Shown here in pieces: positions 8,989-16,875 of a stretch of DNA of 32,707 bases (positions within the stretch are counted from its first letter, which is position 1; the number at the start of each line of letters is the position of its first letter). A program made the translations under genes and the position numbers. The DNA is from a bacterium. Its GTDB lineage: Bacteria > Desulfobacterota > UBA8473. Location: positions 5,990 to 38,696 of the forward strand of contig WOUX01000001.1 of the NCBI GenBank assembly GCA_009773075.1, in the 5' to 3' direction. Under the pieces are notes generated by a model, which was not told the DNA's origin, made no database searches, and worked only from the letters and a program-made list of their open reading frames with translations.

Positions 8989-9017
8989 AATCTATCACAA
9001 AAGCATGGATATGTCAA
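8989..9017 (-). promoter_or_regulatory. Sigma-70-type promoter candidate for the small minus-strand ORF
   Basis: On the minus strand: TTGACA (9012-9017), 17-nt spacer, TAGATT (8989-8994). Confidence 0.4.
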
Positions 9018-9039
9018 AAGAAAAAAGAACAGGTTTTTC

Positions 9040-9068
9040 TTGACACACAAAAATCTTTTACATATAAG
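9040..9068 (+). promoter_or_regulatory. Sigma-70-type promoter candidate (distal, upstream of mltD)
   Basis: TTGACA (9040-9045), 17-nt spacer, TATAAG (9063-9068). Confidence 0.4.
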
Positions 9069-9100
9069 CTAAAGTACGAAAGTGTTCCAGATGCTTTTCC

Positions 9101-9129
9101 TTGACTTTATTATAAATTTTGTTTAATCT
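9101..9129 (+). promoter_or_regulatory. Sigma-70-type promoter candidate (proximal, upstream of mltD)
   Basis: TTGACT (9101-9106), 17-nt spacer, TAATCT (9124-9129). Confidence 0.3.
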
Positions 9130-9372
9130 ATCTATGTTAAAGTTAAATAGTGAAGAGATGCTTTTGCATAAACTGTCGAATGATAGTGCTTACAGGGCCA
9201 TGTTTACAGCGATTCTAAAGAACATTTGGGACACCATGTGTCGGCAGACCTGTTCTGTGAAATGTGAAGCATATTTCACTGAGATGGCTTTCAATTTGTC
9301 TTCCTAAGAACACTTTATACTAACTTTATGAAAAAATTCAAAGGCCTCATTTAAGGCAAAGGAGTTTATTGT

Positions 9373-10866
9373 ATGTATAATGCTAGTGATATAGGTAAAA
9401 TATTGAGACCCATTGCAGTTACAAAGGTTAGTATTTTAGTCTTATTTGTCTCTATTTTTTCCACAGGATGGGTAAATGGGGATACAATAAAGAGCCTATC
9501 TAATAATGGGGGCATTCATTCTGATATTTATTCTGATAATTATGATTTTACACGTGAAGATAAACCTCCACCGTATTTATTAAGAGAAGAGGCCAATAAA
9601 GGACCCATCGCGGAAAGCAATGAACTTGACTACGAAAATCAAGATGTGATTTCTGAAAAGGGAAAGAAGTATGATATCCCCATTGTAGTTAATGAAAGTG
9701 TTGAGAATTTCATCCATTATTTTCAAACAAGCAGGAAGAAGGTCTTTTCGAGATGGCTGTCCATGGCATACAAGTATGTTCCAATGATGAAAGAGATATT
9801 CAGGAAAAATAGCTTGCCCGAGGATCTCGTCTATATGGCAATGATAGAAAGTGGATTTAACCCTAAGGCATACTCTCGTGCCCATGCCAGTGGACCCTGG
9901 CAGTTCATTAAAGGAACAGGGCAAAGATACGGAATGAGGGTTGACAGATGGATCGATGAGAGGAGGGACCCTGAAAAAGCCACCATAGCTGCAGCAAGAT
10001 ACTTGAAAAACCTTTATGATATGTTTGGTTGCTGGTACCTGGCTGCGGCCGCTTACAATGCAGGGGAGAACAAGATTGAGCAAGCGATTGAGAGATATAA
10101 CACCAAGGATTTCTGGGAGATAGCAAAGCATCCCTATCTAGCGAGAGAGACAAAGGACTATGTGCCTCAACTGATAGCCAGTGTAATCATAGCTAAGAAC
10201 CCTGAAAAATACGGTTTCGATGACATAGATTACAAGCTCCCATTTACATATAATAAAGTGCAAGTTACTGATACTACCAATCTAAAGGTCATTGCTAGGG
10301 CGTGTAAAACGGATTACGATACTATAAAGATGTTAAATCCTGAACTGAAAAAAGGATATACACCACCAAACTATCCTGACTATGAAGTTAAAGTTCCTAT
10401 CGGCAGAAAAGAAATATTTGCTAAAAGCCTTGTCAAAACAGAACCTAGCGATAGATCTGCCTTCATAAGACATACTGTCAAAAGGGGAGAAACTCTGTCA
10501 AGGATTGCCAGCCTATACGATACCGGTACAGGACCGATTATGCAGTTAAATAAGATAAAAAATCCAGGGAGTATAAAAACTGGAAGGACTATAATTATCC
10601 CTGTTGGAACTTCTAAAATTGCGAAAAGAGACACAGATAAAAAAAGAGGTTTCATCCTCAGTAAGGTTGCAAAAAAAGGATACTTGGACAATGAGAGAAA
10701 GGAGATAATATATACTGTAAGAAAAGGGGATACCCTATGGAATATTGCCCAGAGGTACGATCTAAAAACTTCAGAGATTCGATATTGGAATAAAATAGGG
10801 ATTAAAGATAATATACATCCAGGAACTAATTTAAAATTAATGGTAAAATTGGATCTAAATACCTAA
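9373..10866 (+). CDS. mltD: Membrane-bound lytic murein transglycosylase D-like (SLT domain plus two LysM repeats)
   Basis: SLT catalytic region EDLVYMAMIESGFNPKAYSRAHASGPWQF. Two LysM repeats (HTVKRGETLSRIASLY..., YTVRKGDTLWNIAQRY...). N-terminal hydrophobic anchor. SD AAGGAG 8 nt upstream. Confidence 0.9.
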   Translation: MYNASDIGKILRPIAVTKVSILVLFVSIFSTGWVNGDTIKSLSNNGGIHSDIYSDNYDFTREDKPPPYLLREEANKGPIAESNELDYENQDVISEKGKKYDIPIVVNESVENFIHYFQTSRKKVFSRWLSMAYKYVPMMKEIFRKNSLPEDLVYMAMIESGFNPKAYSRAHASGPWQFIKGTGQRYGMRVDRWIDERRDPEKATIAAARYLKNLYDMFGCWYLAAAAYNAGENKIEQAIERYNTKDFWEIAKHPYLARETKDYVPQLIASVIIAKNPEKYGFDDIDYKLPFTYNKVQVTDTTNLKVIARACKTDYDTIKMLNPELKKGYTPPNYPDYEVKVPIGRKEIFAKSLVKTEPSDRSAFIRHTVKRGETLSRIASLYDTGTGPIMQLNKIKNPGSIKTGRTIIIPVGTSKIAKRDTDKKRGFILSKVAKKGYLDNERKEIIYTVRKGDTLWNIAQRYDLKTSEIRYWNKIGIKDNIHPGTNLKLMVKLDLNT

Positions 10867-11050
10867 AAATCGGAAATCAAAAGTCGAGAGGCGTAAATAG
10901 AATAAAATCCATTCACAATTTCCTACTTCCGGTTTTTGATCCGCCTATATTTGTGTTATATGACATTATCATAAGCGGATTCGCCCAAAAGGAAATTTTT
11001 CGTTTTTCAGGACGGGCTATGCAGACTTCATGAAGGAACAGGGGGATATT

Positions 11051-12541
11051 ATGAAACACAGATATGGACTAAAGACTTTAATAGGGATAATTATAGCTTC
11101 GTTTGTAGTAGGTGTAATTGTGGCTTCAGAACTGAATTTGACACCCTCCTTAAAAGCTATTTCTACTTTTGGACAGGAAAAACACAAGAATAGTGAAAAC
11201 AAACCATCAACAGTGCCTGCTCAACTGCCGTCTTTTGTTGAACTGGCAAAAGAGTTAGAACCAGCAGTTGTCAACATCAGTACTACAAAGGTTATTCATA
11301 GGGGAAGGCAGGGATTTACACCTTTTCAGGGTCCTTTTGGTGAAAGAAGCCCTTTTAGAGACTTTTTCGATAAATTTTTTGAGGACATGGTTCCCAAGGA
11401 TTTCAAACAAACCAGTTTGGGTTCTGGGTTCATTATAGACAAGGATGGTTATATTTTGACCAATTACCATGTGATTCAAGGGGCAGATGAAATAAAGGTC
11501 AAACTCCAAAACGGAAAGGAGTTTAAAGCAGAAATAAAGGGGAAAGACTCCAAAACTGATCTGGCCTTAATAAAGATAAAATCATGGGGAAACCTGCCTG
11601 TAGTTAAGCTGGGCAACTCGGATGAATTACAGGTGGGGGAATGGGTGATGGCCATTGGAAATCCCTTCGGGCTTGATCATACAGTTACAGCAGGGATTGT
11701 AAGTGCTAAAGGAAGGATTATCGGAGCCGGCCCCTATGATAATTTTATACAGACTGATGCTTCTATAAATCCGGGAAATAGCGGAGGTCCCCTGATTAAC
11801 CTGAAAGGAGAGGTAATTGGCATTAATACCGCTATTATTTCCAGTGGGCAGGGGATAGGGTTTGCAATCCCGATTAATATGGCAAAGGGGCTTATCCCCC
11901 AACTCAAAGAAAAGGGAAAGGTAATCCGAGGATGGTTGGGTGTTGTAATACAGAAGGTCACTACTGAGATAGCAAAGTCATTCGGGTTGAAAGAGGCTGA
12001 AGGCGCGCTTGTTGCTGATGTTGAGGAAGGTGGTCCTGCGGATAAAGCAGGGATTAAGCAGGGAGACATAATAATAGAACTGGACGGGAAAAAGATCGAC
12101 GAGATGAATATGTTGCCAAGGCTTGTCGCAACTCTCAATGTGGGAAAGGAAGCAAAAGTAAAGATTATAAGAGATGGAAAGGAAAATACCTTAAAGGTAA
12201 TAATTGGAGAATTTCCAGAAAAGGAAATAGTTGCTTCAAGGGAACAAGCAGGAGAAAAACTGGGGATGGTAGTGCAAAATCTGACCCCGGATATTGCAAA
12301 ACAGTTTGGATACACGGGTGAAAGGGGGGTTTTGGTAACCGACGTTGTTGCAGGCAGCCCGGCAGATGAGGCTGGAATAAAACAAGGGGACCTGATAAAA
12401 GAGATAAACCGTAACCCTGTTAAAGATTTGGGAAATTATATGGCTATACTGAGCAAGGTAAAGGGAGATAGTCTTCTTCTGCTTATCAGGAGAGCCAATA
12501 GTGCACTATATGTAGTGCTTAAGATACCGGGAAAGGAATGA
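11051..12541 (+). CDS. degP: Periplasmic serine endoprotease DegP/HtrA family with two PDZ domains
   Basis: Catalytic triad context (TNYHV, DLALIK, GNSGGPL) and two PDZ regions. Start placed at MKHRYG before the signal anchor; the alternative start at 11030 cannot be excluded. Confidence 0.92.
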   Translation: MKHRYGLKTLIGIIIASFVVGVIVASELNLTPSLKAISTFGQEKHKNSENKPSTVPAQLPSFVELAKELEPAVVNISTTKVIHRGRQGFTPFQGPFGERSPFRDFFDKFFEDMVPKDFKQTSLGSGFIIDKDGYILTNYHVIQGADEIKVKLQNGKEFKAEIKGKDSKTDLALIKIKSWGNLPVVKLGNSDELQVGEWVMAIGNPFGLDHTVTAGIVSAKGRIIGAGPYDNFIQTDASINPGNSGGPLINLKGEVIGINTAIISSGQGIGFAIPINMAKGLIPQLKEKGKVIRGWLGVVIQKVTTEIAKSFGLKEAEGALVADVEEGGPADKAGIKQGDIIIELDGKKIDEMNMLPRLVATLNVGKEAKVKIIRDGKENTLKVIIGEFPEKEIVASREQAGEKLGMVVQNLTPDIAKQFGYTGERGVLVTDVVAGSPADEAGIKQGDLIKEINRNPVKDLGNYMAILSKVKGDSLLLLIRRANSALYVVLKIPGKE

Positions 12542-12566
12542 TTTAGCTATTGTCTTAACCCCTCAA

Positions 12567-13160
12567 ATGCTTGATTCCACATTTCATTCAAAACTCAAAA
12601 AACAATTCAATATCCTTCTTAAAAAATCCTGCAATATAGATTTGCTAAAGATGGACTCCTTACCTGGGGATGCATCAAAGCGGAAGTATTTCCGCCTGTA
12701 TCATGATGGGGGAACTTTGATTGGTGTCTATGGGCAAGATGGCAAAGAAAATCGTTCTTTTATATATTTTTGCAAACACTTATACTCCCTGGGACTCCCC
12801 GTTCCCAGGTTGTACACAAGCAGTATTGATAAAGGGATATACATAATTGAAGACCTGGGAGATGAAACCCTTGCTGAAAGGATTTCATCTCCTTCTATAT
12901 CCAAAGAAGAGGTACTCTCCCTTTACACACAAAGTGCAAAAGACCTGGTTGATTTTCAGATTTTGGGCCATGTGGGTATTGATTATGAACATAATTGTCA
13001 CCAAAGCCCGGTGTTTGATCGAAAGAATATCGAAGATGACCTTCAATATTTTATGAATAATTTTTTTGTCCTGGCAGATAATTATTTAAAGATACCCGGA
13101 ATAGAAAATGAACTAAATAGATTAACAGACATTTTAGCAGGGAATAATGGTTCGCCCTGA
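12567..13160 (+). CDS. AmgK-like (APH-fold) sugar kinase, N-terminal part; gene appears split or frameshifted
   Basis: LPGDASKRKYFRL nucleotide-binding region and IIEDLGDETL hinge are typical of the anomeric MurNAc/GlcNAc kinase (phosphotransferase) family. It ends at TGA just where the catalytic loop is expected. Confidence 0.6.
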   Translation: MLDSTFHSKLKKQFNILLKKSCNIDLLKMDSLPGDASKRKYFRLYHDGGTLIGVYGQDGKENRSFIYFCKHLYSLGLPVPRLYTSSIDKGIYIIEDLGDETLAERISSPSISKEEVLSLYTQSAKDLVDFQILGHVGIDYEHNCHQSPVFDRKNIEDDLQYFMNNFFVLADNYLKIPGIENELNRLTDILAGNNGSP

Positions 13161-13677
13161 TAGGAGCCTCGGGTACGTTGACTTTCAAGCAGGTCGTCAG
13201 GGGCCGCTCCAATATGATGTTGCAACCCTACTCTATGCTTCTAAAGCAAATATCTCTGATGAAGAAAGAAAAATAATTTTATCCAGTTATTTAAATAAAT
13301 TAGAAATAGTAATAGCTTCTCGAAAAGATACAAAAGGAATTGGGAAAGTTTTGGATTCAGCAAGGCTGGTAACCCGTAATGACTTTATGCCCAACTATTA
13401 TTTTTTCGTCCTTTTTAGGATTTTACGGGCATTAGGGGTTTATCTGTTTTTGGCGGTTCAAGAGGGACACTGGAGGTTCTTAGAAGGGGTCCCTGAGGCA
13501 TCAAAGAACCTTATGAGTATTTTTTATGGACAAAGCTTCTTAGGTAAGACTTTTCCTCAACTTCAAAAATTTGCACAACGATTAAGTACAGAAGATGCCT
13601 TTCTGTCTCCAACGAAGTTGATAAGTTTAATTAGTTCACGCTGCCCCCCCCTTCCGCTACCTGAAGCAGGTATTTGA
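13147..13677 (+). CDS. AmgK-like (APH-fold) sugar kinase, C-terminal part; gene appears split or frameshifted
   Basis: Begins MVRPDRSLGYVDFQAGRQGPLQYDVATLLY, equivalent to the DFQ/DFG Mg-binding loop and the GP.xYD motif of the family. It lies in a different frame from the N-part and overlaps it by 14 nt. Confidence 0.55.
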   Translation: MVRPDRSLGYVDFQAGRQGPLQYDVATLLYASKANISDEERKIILSSYLNKLEIVIASRKDTKGIGKVLDSARLVTRNDFMPNYYFFVLFRILRALGVYLFLAVQEGHWRFLEGVPEASKNLMSIFYGQSFLGKTFPQLQKFAQRLSTEDAFLSPTKLISLISSRCPPLPLPEAGI

Positions 13678-13687
13678 GTTTGATTCA

Positions 13688-14860
13688 ATGGATAATAAAT
13701 TGATTGTATTGATTTATAGCTTTGGTTTTAACTATTCCCATACCCTTGAGGATTCACATGGGAACGGCGGGTATGTGTTTGATTGCCGAGGGTTGCCCAA
13801 CCCAGGTAGGCAAAAAGAATTTCAGGAGTATAGTGGGCTGGATAAACCTGTTGTTGATTATCTTGAGGTTTGTCCAGAGGTTCATCGGTTTTACCACCTG
13901 ACTCTGGAGCTTGTAAAAAGTCATTGTGAGGTTTTTTCAGCCCGAGGATTTAAACATCTTACGGCATCTTATGGCTGTACTGGCGGACAGCATCGGTCGG
14001 TCTATATGGCTGAAAGGATGAAAAGGGACTTAGCTCTGGCAGGATTTAAGACCGAATGCATACATAAGGAGAGGTTCCGATGGAATATTGCCTTTGCACA
14101 GCCTTGTAGAAAGGCATTTATCTTAGCTGCTGGTCTGGGGACAAGGTTATTGCCTTTAACAAAGGAAGTGCCCAAGGCACTGATTAAACTGGGGGAAGAA
14201 GCAGTTATTGACGTGGTATCGAAGAAGCTGATTGAAGCAGGGGTACAAGAGATAGCCGTTAATACACATTATCTGAGTGAGCAAGTGGAGACTCACTTAA
14301 AGAATACGCACTTAAACTGTAACTTTACAACAGTACACGAACCTGACCTGTTGGATACCGGGGGAGGCTTAAAGAACACTGAAGGTTTTTGGGGAAGTGA
14401 GCCTTTCTTTATTCATAATGTAGACATCATAAATGAAACCGATCTAAAGTCAGTCTATCGCTATCACTTAGCATCAAAGAGCATGGTTACCTTAGTGCTC
14501 CAGGAGCGACCCTCAACAAACTATTTTGTTGTCGATTCTATAAATATTGTTTGTGGGCTTTACTATTCTCAAAAGGGTCTTATTGATATTCGAAGGCAGC
14601 TAAAAGGGCCGGTTAGATACCTAGCTTTTAGTGGGATTCATGTAATTTCACCTGAAATATTTAAGGAAATAAAAGAAACGGGAAAGTTCTCTATTATCAG
14701 CCTTTATCTGAGATTGATAGAAGAAGGTTTTTTGATCTCTGCATATATAGACAACGACAAATTTTTCGCCGATATCGGAAACCCTGAAGGTCTTAAAAAG
14801 GCTGTCGAGTGGCTCTCCGAATCGAAATCCTGTATCTTTTCCTCTAAATCCCCCGTGTGA
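13688..14860 (+). CDS. Fusion protein: RapZ C-terminal-like domain (aa ~1-130) + MurU-like sugar-1-phosphate nucleotidyltransferase (aa ~140-390)
   Basis: The N-part aligns by eye to the E. coli RapZ C-terminal half: SFGFNYS/SFGFKHG, YVFDCRGLPNP/YVFDVRFLPNP, SGLDKPVVDYL/TGLDKPVAAFL, GCTGGQHRSVYMAE/GCTGGKHRSVYIAE. The C-part has the NTP-transferase signature ILAAGLGTRLLPLTKEVPKAL, plus TGGG and a DIGNPEGL tail as in MurU/GlmU-type enzymes. Confidence 0.8.
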   Translation: MDNKLIVLIYSFGFNYSHTLEDSHGNGGYVFDCRGLPNPGRQKEFQEYSGLDKPVVDYLEVCPEVHRFYHLTLELVKSHCEVFSARGFKHLTASYGCTGGQHRSVYMAERMKRDLALAGFKTECIHKERFRWNIAFAQPCRKAFILAAGLGTRLLPLTKEVPKALIKLGEEAVIDVVSKKLIEAGVQEIAVNTHYLSEQVETHLKNTHLNCNFTTVHEPDLLDTGGGLKNTEGFWGSEPFFIHNVDIINETDLKSVYRYHLASKSMVTLVLQERPSTNYFVVDSINIVCGLYYSQKGLIDIRRQLKGPVRYLAFSGIHVISPEIFKEIKETGKFSIISLYLRLIEEGFLISAYIDNDKFFADIGNPEGLKKAVEWLSESKSCIFSSKSPV

Positions 14861-14908
14861 AATCGCTTAAGGGATGGAGTTTTCTTGTAGGGGGACACCT
14901 GTTATGCC

Positions 14909-14937
14909 TTGACATTCCCTTGCTTAGGTATTATAAT
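14909..14937 (+). promoter_or_regulatory. Consensus sigma-70 promoter upstream of smpB
   Basis: TTGACA (14909-14914), exact 17-nt spacer, TATAAT (14932-14937). About 160 nt upstream of the smpB ATG. Confidence 0.6.
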
Positions 14938-15098
14938 AAATTGTATTTTAATCTTTCCGTTGAAGCATTCTTTCTTCCCTTATGTTTCAGGATATGAGAG
15001 TAATAAAATAAAGGGATTTGGGCAACAGCCCCTAAAGGATTGACATTGTACCTTTAAAAACATTGTAGGTTATATTTTTGTATATTTTTCCGATATAA

Positions 15099-15566
15099 AT
15101 GGCAATAAAGAAATCATTCTCTGAAAAAATCATATGTAAAAACAGAAAGGCATGGCATGATTATTCTATTGATGAGAAATGCGAAGCAGGCATTGTGCTT
15201 AAAGGCAGTGAGATAAAATCATGCAGGCTTGGAAAAGTAAATCTAAAAGACAGCTATGCTAAGATAAAGGATGGGGGACTATATTTAATAAATACACACA
15301 TTTCTCCTTATGACCATGCTAATCAATTTAATCATGACCCACTCCGAGAGCGCAAGTTGCTCCTGCATAAGGGAGAAATAAAGCGCTTGATCGGGAAGAT
15401 TAACGAAAGAGGGATGACTCTCATCCCTCTGAGTATGTATCTAAAAAATGGGAAGGCAAAGGTAGAGTTGGGGCTGGCAAGGGGCAAGAAACTCTATGAT
15501 AAGAGGGAGAGCATAAAAAAGAAGACTGAAGAAAGAGATTTAGAAAGATCCTTGAGGTTGAAGTAG
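15099..15566 (+). CDS. smpB: SsrA-binding protein SmpB
   Basis: 155 aa. NRKAWHDYSIDEKCEAGIVLKGSEIKS and the basic C-terminal tail are typical of SmpB. Located directly upstream of the tmRNA gene. Confidence 0.95.
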   Translation: MAIKKSFSEKIICKNRKAWHDYSIDEKCEAGIVLKGSEIKSCRLGKVNLKDSYAKIKDGGLYLINTHISPYDHANQFNHDPLRERKLLLHKGEIKRLIGKINERGMTLIPLSMYLKNGKAKVELGLARGKKLYDKRESIKKKTEERDLERSLRLK

Positions 15567-15647
15567 ATACCCACGTTCTTTGAAATAGGTTAAATAAAAC
15601 ACCTCGTTTTATATTATTTGTTATTTATACCAGCAAGAAGTAATTTA

Positions 15648-15999
15648 GGGGGCGACATGGTTTCGACGGGGATAGTTGAAACCTAAGCTGCATACCGAGG
15701 CCCTATTCACTCGTAAAACAATAGGATCTAAACATAATCGCAGACAACTACGAATATGCCTTAGCCGCTTAAAGCGGCTAACGTTCCCCCAGTCTTTCCT
15801 GCGGGGCTGGACGGAGCGACGATTAGCAGGATAGTCTCCTTTTGATGCTTATATAAAGGGGATAAAACAAAAATAAGCTAGTGCTTTAATGACCCTGCCT
15901 GTAGGGGCTTTAAAACGCGAAACTAAAATACAGGCTAAGTATGTAGATGCTTAAGTGGAATATCTTCGGACGCGGGTTCGATTCCCGCCGCCTCCACCA
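15648..15999 (+). ncRNA. ssrA: Transfer-messenger RNA (tmRNA, one-piece); tag reading frame 15740-15772 encodes ADNYEYALAA
   Basis: 5' GGGGGCGACATGGTTTCGACGGGG and 3' GGACGCGGGTTCGATTCCCGCCGCCTCCACCA. Acceptor stem GGGGGCG/CGCCTCC contains the G3-U70 alanine identity pair. Resume codon GCA followed by GAC AAC TAC GAA TAT GCC TTA GCC GCT TAA. Confidence 0.95.
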
Positions 16000-16016
16000 A
16001 TGATTTAAGGGTATTT

Positions 16017-16053
16017 CCCCCGCACCCCGCCCTGTGGGCGGGGTGCGGGGTTT
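16017..16053 (+). terminator. Rho-independent terminator of ssrA
   Basis: CCCCGCACCCCGCC-ctgt-GGCGGGGTGCGGGG followed by TTT. Confidence 0.8.
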
Positions 16054-16152
16054 ACTATTTATCCAGAGTATGAGGGGAAAAACCTTGAAACAGTTGGCTT
16101 CAACGGTATCGGAGAAAAAGAATGTATCACATCCTAAAAGCCAGGAGAGACA

Positions 16153-16875
16153 ATGAGAAATGATGGGCGTATGCCCAATGCAATACGGAAGGTAGCCATA
16201 ACAAAAGACTATATAAAACACGCAGAAGGCTCGGTATTAATTGAAATGGGTAATACTAGAGTGATATGTACCGCTACTATAGAAAATAGGGTCCCCGCTT
16301 TTTTACAGGATACTGCTCAAGGCTGGGTAACTGCTGAATATTCCATGTTACCAAGATCAACCATGGTACGTACAGTTAGGGAGTCGTCTACTGGAAGAAA
16401 GGGAGGCAGAACCCATGAAATACAGAGATTGATTGGCCGTTCTATGAGGGTAGTTACCGACCTGAAGGAATTTGGCAAGAGGACCATCCTGCTGGATTGT
16501 GATGTTATAGAGGCAGATGGTGGTACAAGGACGGCATCCATTACAGGGGCCTTTATTGCCTTGGCTGAAGCATTCAATACACTAAAAGCAAAGGGGGAGA
16601 TTGGCAAAATGCCAATTTTAGATTACGTAGCTGCCATCAGTGTAGGTATGGTGGATGGACAGATGCTTCTTGATCTAAATTATGAGGAAGATTCCAAAGC
16701 TGAAGTGGATATGAATTTCGTAATGACTGGTAGCGGTTTGTTTGTTGAAATACAGGGTACTGCAGAGAAGAAGGCTTTTTCAAAAGAGCAGATAGATAAA
16801 ATGACAGAACTGGCATCCAAAGGGATACAAGAACTGATTGCAAGGCAGAGGGAAATAATAGGAAATCTTTTTTAA
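16153..16875 (+). CDS. rph: Ribonuclease PH
   Basis: RPDGR-like N-terminus ([11 protein letters not shown]), [18 protein letters not shown] phosphate-binding region, [12 protein letters not shown]. 240 aa. Confidence 0.95.
   Translation: MRNDGRMPNAIRKVAITKDYIKHAEGSVLIEMGNTRVICTATIENRVPAFLQDTAQGWVTAEYSMLPRSTMVRTVRESSTGRKGGRTHEIQRLIGRSMRVVTDLKEFGKRTILLDCDVIEADGGTRTASITGAFIALAEAFNTLKAKGEIGKMPILDYVAAISVGMVDGQMLLDLNYEEDSKAEVDMNFVMTGSGLFVEIQGTAEKKAFSKEQIDKMTELASKGIQELIARQREIIGNLF

Noticed and set aside
9119-9307. 62-aa ORF in the mltD leader region.
   Set aside because: It has a TTG start in the track, the first in-frame ATG lacks an SD, the composition is unremarkable and no family is recognised. 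I kept it only as part of the leader observation.
15040-15076. Second TTGACA in the smpB leader as an additional promoter.
   Set aside because: There is no acceptable -10 hexamer at 16-18 nt spacing (TTGTAG at 17 nt), and TATATT is 25 nt away.
15999-16152. Genomic island integrated at the tmRNA or at the tRNA-Asp 3' end.
   Set aside because: No integrase follows either gene, no direct repeat of the tmRNA or tRNA 3' end appears downstream, and housekeeping genes or a terminator follow immediately.
15910-16221. 103-aa minus-strand ORF overlapping the 3' part of the tmRNA and its terminator.
   Set aside because: It overlaps a confidently identified tmRNA (acceptor/T-arm) and a GC-rich terminator whose repeats generate the open frame. 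There is no SD.
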